NCBI GenBank assembly: GCA_046563655.1
Contig: CM102286.1
Coordinates: 4,340,001-4,404,000, forward strand
DNA length: 64,000 nt
Direction of reading: 5' to 3'
DNA from: Yuukianura sp. NJ FZ-2021
Lineage: Eukaryota
Shown: positions 49,310-62,270 of the stretch, in pieces
Layout of the letters: each line of letters starts with the position of its first letter
Position numbering within the stretch: position 1 is the stretch's first letter
Position numbers and translations under genes: made by a program
Notes under the pieces: generated by a model
Told to the model about the DNA's origin: nothing
Databases searched by the model: none
The model's input: only the letters and a program-made list of their open reading frames with translations

Positions 49310-50804
49310 ATGGCTCCACAAAACAACCATTTCTTTAGTTTTCGTCGTCTCTGGACGCATTTGAAAAATTTCAAGAATGACTTCTTTCTCACTGGAATTC
49401 GCTCAGTTCACTTCCGAAAAGCTGAGGTACGTTTTTCCATCAAAAAATAAATAAAGGAAAGATATAACTTTTTTTGAGAATTGTAATGTAATTTTAGTTG
49501 TATTTTCTAAATAGTTTGAACACTTTATTCCGGAATCTGAAATCTCACTGTTCTACTTCATCTACCGTATCGTCTACATGCTAATTTTCATTTTCATGCT
49601 GAGCTACTCTCTTTCGTGTTCAAGTACTGGCAAGTACAAGTTGTATTATTACTTCATCTTCTTCACCAATTGGACCATGATTTGCTGCACCATCTATGCA
49701 ATTCTATTTGGCTGTTACGCCATATTCACAAGATGTCGTAAACGACAAGAGCCCGTGATTCCCAAAGCACGAATCACCATTGTTGAGAACGAAGCGACTC
49801 CTTCGCCAAGTAAAGCGAATCGAGACGAATCGGGTAAAATAGACAAAAAAAAATTTAATTCCTGTTGCTAAAAATTAGGAATTCTTACCACCTCGACAAC
49901 TTTTTTTTCTCCAAAGTATCAAGTATACTCATGTCTGCTACAAGCCTTACACCGAGGTCATCTACGCTTAAACTTGTTCCAAATTCGTTAAGTGTGCTGG
50001 AAATGTCAATTTGGTTGATGCAGTCAATCAGTTTTTCATGCTCTTACATTGTCACAATTGGTTTCTGGGGCCTCATCTACAATCCAAGTAATTTAGTAAA
50101 TCTGTTCTTGTTTTTACCCCAAAAAAAAACTGAAATTTCAACTGATTTTTTTTTTCGAATTTTTTAGGCAAGCCGTTTCCAAAGGCCTGTGATTTCACTG
50201 GCCAAGTAATTGTTCATGGAGCTAACGCTCTCTTCCTGACATTAGATTTGATGGTTTGTGCCGTTCCTGTTCACATTACGCATGTCCTTTACACTTATGC
50301 TTATGGAGTCCTCTACGTAGTCTTTTCGTAAGTTTAAATTCAGTGGACTGCAATTTTCAGGATAAAGTTACCAAAATTATGTTAAGATGGAAATATTTTT
50401 AAAATGAAACTCATATTTGTAGTGGATTGTACAACGTCCTGAACGCACAGTATCCAGACAATGAAGATGGAAAGCGGCCATACATTTACAGTTTTGTGAA
50501 TTGGCATGAACATCCGCTGGAAATTGCACTTGTGCTTCCAATTGTAGGATTTCTTGCTTTGCTGACTTTTCAATTTTTAGCACTTTTGCTTTACTCCCTT
50601 CGCCTCTTGATTGTTTTTCAATTTAAACCGAATGCTTATGACGAACATCTTTACAACGTCGGGTACAAGAAAAACAATCGGAGAGTTACATTCGCCACGG
50701 ACGAAAATGACAACCCGCTTCTGCGCATATCAAGCTCCATTGAGAAGTCGCAATCTGGAAGTGTGGAAGTAGTTCCAGCACAAACTTCTTCTGATGTTGT
50801 GTAG
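49310..50804 (+). CDS. rost: Rolling stone-like multipass membrane protein (5 coding exons)
   Basis: Spliced exons ~49310-49426, 49515-49833, 49917-50087, 50168-50327, 50423-50804; motifs YFIFFTNW, VTIGFW, VHGAN...DL...VPV..THVLY...YG..YVVFS and YIYSFVNW are typical of the rolling stone / FAR-17a-AIG1-like family. Confidence 0.8.
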
Positions 50805-50915
50805 TTTTCAAGTTTATTTTCAAAATTTCACGTTTTCGACATCAATAAAACCTATTATGAATTTTAAAATCCAAAACGCGAAAAGTTTGGACTGTATTTT
50901 TGAAAAGTAACATTT

Positions 50916-53328
50916 TCAAGGTTTAGTGCTGCTGGTAGATTTTGGAATTTGAACAGGTTGGCAAACTTTATCTTTCTCCGAATAGCGGTAGTGCATGCCA
51001 CATTCCAGTGGAAAGAAACCGTTTGTGTCATCGTCAACTCTTGCTAGATTTTCTTTTGACTATAAAATTTTGAAGAAAATGCAAAATTTCAATTTTTTGA
51101 ATAAAAAATTCCAAAATGATTAAAAAGCTTTACGTACGTAATCCAGTGCTTCGACGCTACTTTCTGTTGTAGTTGTTGTTGTCGTTGTGGTAGCGTCGTC
51201 GCGTTCCTTTGTCTTTTGTCTTGATTGAGGTGTAATAGATGGAGCTTTCGATGGAGGTTTTGCTGCCACGCAAGTGAAAGTTTTTCGGTCATAATTGTAC
51301 CCGGCTCCACAAAGGAAGGAGTTATACACGCTATTTTTCTGCCAAAAGCAAACAATTTTATTTAATATAACTATATACATATTTTAGAGATTAAATATTA
51401 CTGTAAAATATGCTGAGCTTGCGTTTCATAAAATTAGTTCAGTTTTTTACCATAAAGTCTCTGACAGCGGCTTGGCTTGCTTGGGCATTTGCGTCTTCCT
51501 GCGTTTTCGAACTCGTGGCATTCGGTGCTACAGCGCCACCATCGTTACTTTGGTTATTGTCGGCAGTCGCAGTCTGACCTTGACCTGCTTGGATTGAAGG
51601 ATCTTCAACCACAGGACTGTTTTGGTTTTGTGGAGATGTCGAGTCCTGTAATTATTATAATAGCGAAGCTATTATGATAAAAGTGGTTTGTCTGTCTGTC
51701 TGTCCGTCTGTCTGTCTGTCCGTCTGTCCGGATCAATTATCTCAGAAACTACTGGTCCGATTTGATTCCGGTTTTCACCACTGACCATGTCATGACCCGG
51801 GCTTGGTCACTATTGAATATGACCCCCGGGTGTCAACTCCTTCCGGGTCAAAGGTCAAGGTCAACCGGTTTTATCCCCGGTAACCGGGAAAATGACCTCT
51901 ACAAAAGTTGTTCATCTCATCGAGTGGAACAACTTTTGTGTTTAATGTGTGACCCTAGGTCACCTCCTTCCGGGTCAAAATTGATTTCAAAGGTCATTTG
52001 TAATGCAAGTGTGGGTACAAAAAACTCTGCTTGTGAGACTGGAAAGGCAATTGGCATGGGACTTGATTCTCTGCTTAGCAAAAAATCTATTACGCAGTTG
52101 ACATATACACTTTACACACTCATGCACTGTGTCCACCGGGTGTCACCTGTCACTTGCCGGGTGTCACCTGTCACCTGTTAATTGCCGGGTGTCACCTGTC
52201 ACATACCGGGTGTCACCTGTCACCCTCACGTGTCACTTGCTGCGTGTCACCTGTCACACTCACGTGTCACTTGCCGCGTGTCACCTGTCACACTCAGGTG
52301 TCACTTGCCGCGTGTCACCTGTCACCCTCACGTGTCACTTGCTGCGTGTCACCTGTCACACTCACGTGTCACTTGCCGCGTGTCACCTGTCACCCTCACG
52401 TGTCACTTGCCGGGTGTCACCTGTCACGTCTCACCTGTCACCTGTCACGCCTCAGCTGTCACGTCTCACCTGTCAAAACCCCCTGGGGGGCGGGAAAGTG
52501 GGGGGAACACACCCCCACTACTCCGGGGGGGGGCGGGAAAGCGGGGGAAACACACCCCCACGCCTCCTGGGGTGCGGAGCAAAAAAGCGGGAAAACACAC
52601 CCCTACTCCCCGGGGGGCGGGAAACTGGGGAAAACACACCACCACTCCCCCGGGGGGGGGAGGCGGGAAAGTGGGGGGAACAAACCCCCTACGGGGGGCC
52701 TATTGCTTCGCTATTATCAGTATGGGCGGTTTACAACCGGTTTATTGATAACAAGGTTGATAAACAAAGAAAATACTTTTTCTTCAACAGGTAGAGGCAA
52801 TAAGTCGAGCTTTAAGTTTTTTTTTACGAAAAATCTTCCAAATTGAATTCATCCAGTGGCATGTACTTTAAGTTTTCGTGTTATGGTAAATGGAATTAAA
52901 AAATTCACAGAGATGACTTTTGAATTGGCAAGTTCAATGTATCAAAGTCGTGGAAAATAAAACAAAATTGTTTGACTCAAGATTTTTTGAAAACTCGAGT
53001 TATTGCCTAACCTGTAAAAGGACAACTAACTCGCTGTCAAGACACTTTGATTGATAACGTTTCGATTTCAGATGAGTTATAAAAACATGAATTCTATCTT
53101 TTGTGTTCCTACCGGACTTCCAGTATTAGCGCCCGAGGTTTGCGGTTGCGCCGCTGCATTTTGTGGTTGGGGTGCCGGATCTTGTTGTTCGGTTGCTGGA
53201 TTTTGCGATCCTGTGACCCCTTTCCCTAAAGTAGTATCCGCCTGATCAATTTCTGGATCTTCGAGAACTGGCTTTGAAAAACTAGGACCGAATATTAAGC
53301 TAAAGATGGCGATTACCGCAACGAACAT
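50916..53328 (-). CDS. Secreted Q/S/T-rich protein (~251 aa, 4 exons) with two C-x12-C motifs
   Basis: Exons 53328-53113, 51645-51451, 51338-51138 and 51059-50916, all phase 0 with GT-AG boundaries; N-terminal hydrophobic signal MFVAVIAIFSLIFG; motifs CGAGYNYDRKTFTC and CGMHYRYSEKDKVC. Confidence 0.75.
51654..52743 (+). mobile_element. Helentron/DINE-1-like non-autonomous element
   Basis: Sub-terminal inverted repeat ATAATAGCGAAGC (51657-51669) / GCTTCGCTATTAT (52705-52717); 5' hairpin ATAATAGC-GAA-GCTATTAT; (TCTG/TCCG)n microsatellite 51689-51729; central tandem repeats; 3' hairpin CGGTT-TAC-AACCG followed by TTT; no TSD. Confidence 0.8.
52135..52700. repeat. TGTCAC(C/T) minisatellite followed by GC-rich GGGGGCGGGAAA...CACACCCC repeats, inside the Helentron-like element
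   Basis: Read directly; explains the spurious overlapping ORFs at 52129-52846. Confidence 0.9.
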
Positions 53329-53520
53329 TTCAAATTCAGATGTTTATCGTGCTTTGAAAAGTTTCGAAATGAAACAATTGTACATTTCCAGATTTGCTTA
53401 CATTACTCACTCTGATTTACTCAAGAAACTAACGATTGTTATTTTCGACAACCCAGATGAAGATGTTTACTTCTATAAGTTTATAATAAACTTTCCGTAT
53501 GCATTTTTATAGCTTATGTT

Positions 53521-55739
53521 TTATAGATCGTGTCCAAGTTTCTCGATTTCGTCTAAGAAGAAATCAATGTCACAGTTTTTGACTTCGGAACTTTGCAAAA
53601 CAAGACGGAAGAAATTTGGAAAATTTCTAATTGATTGGTACGTGACCATCATCGTACCGGCTTTCATCATTCTCTCTTTGATGACCGGGGCAACCTGAAA
53701 CCATTAAAATTTTCACAATTAAAAGCAATTCAAATATAAACGCTGGATTTAAAACTAACGACTAAATCTATAAAATCTTACCTTGTTAATTTTTAGTTTG
53801 AACTCATCAGTAGACTGATCCAGATCACGTAAAGATGGTGGAATGTACCAGAAACTGATGTTTGTACATTCAGGTGAGTCCAGCAGAAGGACGAAGCGTG
53901 GGTTTCTGTTTTTGAGTTCAGTGACTGCGTAGGCCGCAGTGTCAAAGACATGGTCAATGTGGGCTGCAAACCCTTCAACTCCCTGATATCATAAAATTGA
54001 ATGCAAATGCAGGACATTGATCTCCAGAATTGCCAATTTGCAAATTGTTTTTCTCACCTTGGCTTTCCACATGAGCCAAATTTTGAAAACATCGGCTCTC
54101 CTTCCACACTGAATATGTTTGTCCCCAGTGTCATATTTACTGGCGTCGTAGAATTTGTCTTTTTGAAACAAGTAAGCCGCATTCGTGGCGTGAGCTTCCG
54201 AAGCAATTTTTTCATCTTTTAGTAGAAATGCTGAGCATTGCTGCGGAGCACAAAGCAATTTGTGGGGATTCCATGTCACTGAATCCGCTCTAAAATGTGA
54301 AATAATTTTAACTTCAAACATTTATAAAGTGAAAGATCAATAAGCTCGAAAATTCTTCTTCCGAAACTTACTTTTCAATTCCTGTCAAAAGATATCGACG
54401 TTTCTTTGACCTAAAAATTAAAAAAAAACTTCGTTTTTAGAACAGAATTTGCCACAAGTTTTTGAAACATTTCTGGTATGGTTTCGTCAAAATACTTTTA
54501 AAAATCAAATGCAACATACATTAGTGACCCTCCACCCCAAGCAGCATCTACATGCATCCACATGTTGAACTCTTGACACAACTCAGCGATTTCTTCCAAC
54601 GGATCAAACGCACCAAGTACAGTTGTTGCTATAATACGATACACAATTTATAACATTTAGTGATAAAGATTTCAAAATTTTGAATTTACATGACTCGTGT
54701 TAAATTTTTGTACCATACCAGCAGTTGCTGCAATAAGAAAAGGTTCGTGTCCCTTGGACAGTGTGTTTTCAATTTCTTTTCGAAGAATCGCCATGTCCAT
54801 TTTTCCTCGGTTGTCAACTTTGACCCCAATCACATTATCTCCACCCATTCCTAAACCAAAACCAAAAATCATTTTTGTTAATCCAAAAGTAAATTTTAAG
54901 TATATTCTGTCTAAAACTTAAACTGAGTTTTAGTTTTGTAACATAAATTTTGTTGTTAAAGGTTAATTTCCTGAAGGAGTGTTCTACCTTGAAACGACGC
55001 GAGCTTTTTGAATGAATAGTGAGCGTCTTCTGAAACGTACATAACCATTTGCTTCTGACCAAACAAGCCTTTATCCTGAAAATCAATTCAGAAATCTGTG
55101 AAAAATTCATTATTTGGTTTTTTGAAAAGTAAAAAATTTCAAATTCTAAACCTTGATTTCCGGACGCTTTCTAAAACGGGACAAAGAAATTGCGTAGCCA
55201 TTGGCAATTGACCCACCAGGACAAAAGAGACCATCGCCCTTTCCAGCTGGAAAGCCAATGATATTTCGCATTCTTTCAAATACTTCCAGCTCCATCAACG
55301 TAAATACTGGAGCCACTTCATAAGTGTACACGGAAGCATTCAGTGCTGCAGTAGCCCAATCAGCACAAAGTCCAATCGGATCCAACCTAATCAAGGGTGC
55401 GGTGAAAAATGATTTGGTATTGAAACAAATACTAAAGTTTTTCGTTTACCCCGAGTACAGTTGGTTAACAAAGTGGGGATGAGCCGTTTTAACGCTGTGG
55501 TGAATAACTTGTTCCACAAATTTCACCAATTCTGCAAAATCTGTTACTTTCGTCTCCGGAAGAGAAAAGTCCAGCGTTGCTTTCAAATCTTCGGGAAGCT
55601 GGAAACGTAAAACAGGTTGGTCCCTTTGGATGCCTTCAAAAACTGCTCCCTTCAAAATTACTTCAAAAATTTCGCGAAACAGTTTTTCATGTTTCTCTCG
55701 ATTGGGAAAAGTTACAAAGTAAGTATCAGAGGAGGCCAT
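53521..55739 (-). CDS. b: PLP-dependent group II decarboxylase, aspartate 1-decarboxylase / CSAD-like (black ortholog), 9 exons
   Basis: Motifs [75 protein letters not shown] (PLP lysine) [26 protein letters not shown]; the PQQCS form matches arthropod ADC rather than GAD (LLQCS); stop at 53521-53523. Confidence 0.9.
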
Positions 55740-57206
55740 TTTTTAATGCTTTAGGACAAATAGAGTAGTAACGGCTACTAAATTGACAGTGCAACTGAAA
55801 TGTTGTAGTTACTTTAAGACACAATTTAAGGAAAATACCAACGCCATTCAATTTAGTCTGTTACTCATAATTCCCTGGATTTACCCCATTTTGCGTTTGA
55901 ATTAACCAGTTTCCTTGTACACTCGTTTAAATAAAACCGCCAAACCCACTACCACACTGTCTAACCAGCATATTGGAATCAATCCACCTTCCGTTTCAAA
56001 TGACGTCTTGCATCGACTAATTTCTTCTGAATTGTTGAACTCCATTTAAAGTTTTTAGCGTCGAAACGGAAGCGAGTATTCGGTTCATTTAAAAAAACAA
56101 GGAAATGAATCAATGTTTTTAAAAAGTTCCGTTTTATAGAAGGAAATTGTGGTTGTCAAAAAAAAAATCACACTACGAGCTCCACTTTCTCTGAACAGGA
56201 GTTTTTAATCCTGAAAAACACTTTCTATTAAAAAAAAATTGTCACCATCAATTTCGCATCGCTTCATAAAAATTCCGTTAAGAAAGCATATATTTTAAAT
56301 CAACATTGAAATTAGAAATTGTCATCCTCATCAGTTTCAAAATATTACAGATTGTAATTGTAATATAGATTTAACCACTCGTAAGTAAGTTTGAAACGCA
56401 AAACTTGTTTTCTCCGAGGGCATGTTAATGAACCTGACACTACAGGCTCTAAGCATCAGCAGTTACTATACAGATTCCACCTAAATTCTGTAATGCCAAC
56501 AAATTGCTTACACAACGCGGTATATTTGCAATTTTTTGGTATTCAAAATTGTCGGTTTTACTTAAAACGAAAATTTTAGAATCTACGTGTAAAGGTATTT
56601 GGCAAAAAAAAAAGACAGGGTTGCACAAGGATTTGTTTATACTTAAAAGCTTCTCTCATCCTTAAAATTCAACAGTTAAACGATGGAGACAACTTAGGAG
56701 CGGTAGTAGGACTTCCTCAATATTGCCTAATTTCCTGCTTCGGAGAGGAACTTATGAGGATGAAACAAAATTGTTGTAATTTTGCAACAGGGATTTGCAG
56801 AAGGCTTTATTAATCCGTCGCCTTACATTGTTGCAAACCGTGATTTGACTTTAGCCTCAGCTCTGTACCTCACCTACTTCCCATTGTTATGCTCAAAAAA
56901 TCCCTTAATAAATGTTGTCTGAAAATGGAAGTAAAGAAACTCGTGTACGCAGAAATACTAAAAGTTCAAACAGTAACATGAACGTACAGACAGACAGACG
57001 GAACATCTTCAATAAGGAGTTTTCAGTATCATATGCATTTTAAGAGTACATCTCCCCCGAAGTATCACAAAACAACAAAGCGGCTTATTGCAATTTTTTG
57101 CAAAGTTGTAATCTCCGACAAAGATTTGCAGATTCAGTTGCACGTCTGACTTTGACACTTGAGAACCAAGAAAAAATTAGCTTAGGTAGAAACCTGTCGG
57201 TAAACA

Positions 57207-59576
57207 ATGGGAAATCTCTTGTACACACTTGAGATCATCTTAGCACTCACAGCATCTTCGGTTTTTCCAACATTAGCTGGACCAGCATCTGGTAACTTTT
57301 AAGCTTATACCATTAACAACATAACTAAAATTTAAATTTATTGAAATCAGTTGAATTTAGAATAGTTAATAGAGGAACTAGGTATTAATTAAAAAAACTC
57401 TTGTTTTAAACAGATCCTTGTGCTGGGGCAATTTGCGGAAAAGGAGCAGAATGTCGGTACCGATCAAGCCTAGTTGTTTGTATTTGTCCGGATTCTATGG
57501 AGGGAGATCCATTTGTTGAATGTAAAGCATTTTCAACAACAACAACAGGTAAATTTGATGAGAAACTGAAACGTTATTTTAATCATTTCCGTATGAATTT
57601 ATTTTTTCTAAAAAAAGCGTTGCATTTTTTTTAAATGTTTGCACAATGAATGAGAAGATGCGTGCTAAGCCTTTGTAATTTCAGGAATTATGAACAATCG
57701 GGTTCGCGTGTTAATTAGAGCAAAGAAAAAACAAGGAATTAGATTCTGGCCGTGATTTGGAAAAAAAAGTGCGGTTATGATTCCTCCGTTGGTTGCATGC
57801 TATGCCGCCGCCTAAATCTTCCTAACAGTTCTTAACCTCAATCCAATTTTGAAAATTTTCGATTTTATAACGGGATTCTCGACACGCCATTTCCTAAAAA
57901 TTATCTTTATGGCATTGCGAATTTATTCCATTTCGGAAATGTCATTTTTTTGGATTGATTTTTTAGAATCCATGATCCAAGAAGCATTGGATATCAGCAC
58001 AATGGCGAATCATGAACTGAGGAAACTTTCTCCAGATGCTAACCTTACCCCCACAGGGCAAATTGTGAAAAATGATGACCTTGAGCAGGACAAAGGTGAC
58101 CTTTCATCCTACTATCCATCAGCCCCACCAACTCTATCACACTATGCCCATACCCCGCCATTCTCACAGCCACCCTACTCTGAGCCACCGTCGTCAGCCC
58201 CACCCACAAGCCAAAATCATGGACCTCACCCAATTCATCATCAAAGTAGACAGGATTCTCACTCACCCCAGGGCACGATTAACCATGACTTTGCGCATGA
58301 GCCAAAAGCCGAACCTAAAATAGAAGTATCTCAACATCAAATGACAGTAGCAGAAGTTGGCGGTACTGGATTTCAAATTCCAGAAAACTTTGGATCTCGG
58401 TTTCCTGTACCGAGTGACAGAGATTCGGAACGAGTTGAACACCGAGTCTCTTCTGGTCACATAATGCATCGTCAAGGTGTCCATCACCCTCTCCAGCACC
58501 ACATTCCACAGAATGCTCAACATTCCAGTGGTCATCAGCATAACAATCCTAAAATTTCGAATTCGTATCATCATTTTAATCCGAATCTACCAAATGCACA
58601 TTTCAACCCAAACCAGGAAACACCAAACCTGCAATTCCAAGAATTGACCAAAGACCCTCTCGGAGTTTATGTCGATTGTGTTTCAATTAACAATCGAGTG
58701 GTCTGTGCTGATTCAGCAGCAAGACATGGTAATGTTCATAAGTTTTAAAATTTTCCATCTAAAACTAAAATTGGACTTCCTCTGAAATAATTAAATTTTT
58801 ATAGCAGTTTGAACTAACAATGAATCATTTGTTTAGACTTACACCCCCACGCGCTGCACACAATGGCGCTACCACAAGGATTTGAGCACCGACTGATTGC
58901 AATTGGCAATGAAAATGTCAACAATTTTCAACACGGTGCTCCACCACGTCTCGATGGATTTCCAAATTCTATCAAAATTAAGCCAAAACCAACCCAAATG
59001 CATCCTGGAGATGACAGACCACATTTCCAAGTGCCGTTTCACATTGCAGGTCCACAGGGAACAGTAAATATGCTGCCAGTACCAGTCATTTCTGTTCCTG
59101 CTGATTCCCCACAGGAGGGCGTCAAGGTCAAACCAGAACCTGAAACAAAATTTCATTCACCACAAACGGGAAGCGAAGAAGCCAAACTTTGTCAGCAAAT
59201 GTGCGGAGAGGGTGCTATTTGTCGGTTATTTCATGGACGTCCGGTTTGCGGATGCAGTGAAGGAATGACGGGTGACCCCTCTAAAAAATGCTTTCCAGAA
59301 CCAAATTCTAAATTTGACCCCAACGCTTGTCAAAGACATGCAGACTGCTCTTCATTGATGATCTGCCTCAATTCACAGTGTACAGATCCATGTCGTATTA
59401 AAAATAATGTTGATAAGTCAAACATTAGTTCGTTTCATGATAGTCTGGATGCTGTGACAAACAAAAATGACAACTTGTGTGGACCAAATGCAAAATGTTC
59501 AGTAATTGAACATACTCCGGTATGCTCATGTGAGCAAAATTTCTTTGGAAATCCTTATGTTGGTTGTGTCCCTTAA
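57207..59576 (+). CDS. Secreted protein with Dumpy-type EGF modules and a His/Pro/Gln-rich linker (4 exons)
   Basis: Signal-peptide exon from 57207 (MGNLLYTLEIILALTASSVFPTLAG); exon ~57414-57549 DPCAGAICGKGAEC...CICP..GDPFVEC; exon ~57968-58728; last exon with CGEGAIC..CGC..GDP, C..HADC....C....C.DPC and CGPNAKC....HTPVCSC....GNPYVGC. Confidence 0.8.
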
Positions 59577-59995
59577 ATTTTTAGATTTTGAGTTACTAAA
59601 AAATATTGTTTTCATTTTTATTTAATTTGGTGATAGAAAAAATGCAATAAAAGATGATAAATTTTCTTGAAAATGAAATTTTACCATGAATGATTCATGC
59701 TAGTTTGAGACAATGGATTGGCTACTGGCCAAAATAGTTAATATTTTTATTCCATTGTTTCCATATAGCGTCTTCTTAGAAACCTTAACTTGAATGTCGT
59801 CTCCAAGCACAATTGTCAACCGAAGTCCAATTCCGATGCAAATCTATTTAACTAACTGCACGGAAAATTTTAAACTCAGACACACCTCAACCATTGACAA
59901 AGATTTTAGTACAATTTGAATTATACAAACTTTTGAAAATTTTGAAACACAGAAGTAACCGGGATCCAGTGTCGCCGATAAACATCAAGTTCAAG

Positions 59996-61438
59996 ATGGC
60001 GAAAATGATGTTGCTGCTCCTCTCGGCTTTGGCTTTTGCGTGTGTTGCTCATCCAGGTAAAAACACAATTTATTTTGATTTTTTTTTTAAATTTTGCAAT
60101 TTTTAAAGATTAATCATAGAACCAATGCGCATGAGTGAATTTGAAAATGAAGGTCACGAGGATCCGTCAGCCGCAGAAGCGCAACACGTTCTCAGAAGAA
60201 TGTTTCGCAGTTCCGGAGAACAGGACCAAACCGCTTTTCATCCAGAAGAAGAGGAAACGGAAAACCAAAACGTCCAAACTGCGGCAGAAAATCCCGGTAT
60301 TTCCACTTTTCCTTTTAAAAAATGATGTCAAGTTCCAAGAATTTTCGGTTTTGTGAATTAGTCATCTGATTTTCAGGATACTTTGTACCATTCCCGGTCG
60401 GTCATAACGAAAAGTCTCGCGTGTTGCGGCTGACCTTCATTGACGGTATTACTGTGAATGCTGACCCGAATGACATTAGTTGACCTTTGAATATCCTTCC
60501 TTATTGAATTTTTCAAACCTTGTACTTTATGACCATATTTTCTTGGAATCAATGTTTGTTTACAGGACAAGATACGCCAATTTTCCGAGAACTTAACACC
60601 ACCGAGTTTTTAGACAGCGCTGAACAAAACCAAGGCTTCTATATTGGCCCAAATGAAGCAATTTACATGATCTCTGGCGAAGAAGTCACGTCCCCACATC
60701 ATGGCAAATAAATTACACAAACATAATATTGTTTAAACATTATTTAAAACTAATTAGCAATCGAATCAATTGTTTCTAAGTTGTCGTTCTCGTTTCATAG
60801 AATCTGATCACGAACATGACGAAATTCTGGAAGAAAAGAAACGAGCAGAATCGGAACTGATCGGGACAGCCTCCGAGGGTCTGCGCATGTCGGAGGTTGC
60901 TGAAGAAGCTATTGATGTAAACACAGCAGTCGCTTTGGGAGATGGTCCAGTTGAAAATTCAGCTGAAGTGGTCCACCAATCACCTCCAAAGTCCATGCTT
61001 CCACCGCCATTTTTGGTGACCAAGCCGTTTCATGGAGCCAACTACATCTACCAATTGCGCTATCCCACTCCGCGATACCACCACGAACATCCAATCATTT
61101 TCACCGACAAGGACTTTTCAGACGATGGTAATTTATATATTATAGATTAATATATTTAGTTTATACCGTGGTATATTATTTAGTTTATTTTATTATATAA
61201 TAAAATAATTTAGATTACATAATGATGTTATTGTAATTCTACAGACAAATTCTTGCATGGACTTAACAAGACGAACGTCTTCGGACCACCGTTGCCTGTT
61301 GACCTTGTCAAACTTCGTGATCAGACTGCGAAGGCCATCGAGACGATTCCGGCCCTGAAGGATGATTCGGTCAAAGGAGATGGTCCACCACCAGCAAACA
61401 TTTTTATGTTTTTCAAGTCCCGTGCATACAATAAGTGA
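59996..61438 (+). CDS. Secreted acidic protein of unknown function (about 6 exons)
   Basis: Signal MAKMMLLLLSALAFACVAHP; phase-1 exons ~60120-60296, 60378-60446, 60566-60703, 60801-61127 and 61245-61438 join in frame (one intron needs a GC donor). Confidence 0.7.
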
Positions 61439-62270
61439 ACAGTTTTATGTCAATTTGTCAGTGACTTTTATTATTCTTAAGAATTGAACACAATATTTCT
61501 CTTTTTGGTGAATTTTATGGCGTTTTACAAGGTTTCAAGCTCCCTCCATTTTCATTTAATTAACTTATAACTTTCTGTTCCTACTTCTCTGGAATGCCTA
61601 CACTATACATATATTTTACTTTCTCTTTTTTCTTTTGAAATGTTAATAAAATTTAATACTTTTTGCTTTCTCTAAAAAAATTTGGACTCTTGTGCTTTGA
61701 TTGTCGCGGTGCTATTTTCAAACTCGAAATTGTCCGCTATGTGTTACGCAACCTGCATCGAGTGTCAGGTTAAAAAAAGAGAGTTGAAAAAAATATCGAT
61801 CGAAGGCAGGAGAGTTCTAGCTCTAATCTGAAAGGTCAGGTCACGAGGTCAACGATCCGAATTTTGCAGATTCATCAAACGTACTTTCATTTGCAAGCGT
61901 CGCTGTGCTCCACCATCTACCGGCGAAAGTCACGCAAGCTTTATTTGTGTGGGAAAAGTGCTTTGTTTGAAGAACTTCGAAAATGAAGATTTGAATTGTA
62001 TTGTTTTGAATATTTGTATTTTGTTGATCAATCTCAATCATCACAGCTGACGAAGGTAAATTTAGTTTTTCTTTAGTTAATTAATTGTTAGTCATTAACT
62101 ACATTCATAATCATTTATGTAGATGATCAGATGAGCACTGCCGAAGTGCACTAGAAATTTGAAGGCAAAACAAGCAAGTGGAAGCCGAAGGCACGCCAAC
62201 CAAATAAAATAAAAAAAAGCAAAACTAATCAGAATTCAGAAACAGGAGATAAATAATCGGTGAGGTCATC

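Noticed and set aside
52129..52846. Three overlapping Cys/His/Gly-rich ORFs (188-230 aa)
   Set aside because: They are translations of a stop-free minisatellite inside the Helentron-like element.
56983..57003. (CAGA)n tract resembling a DINE-like microsatellite
   Set aside because: No sub-terminal repeats or hairpins nearby; too short to call.
61800..62270. Upstream ORF before NDUFA11
   Set aside because: An intron (~62056-62122) is plausible, but no ATG-initiated ORF of substance was found; treated as 5' UTR.
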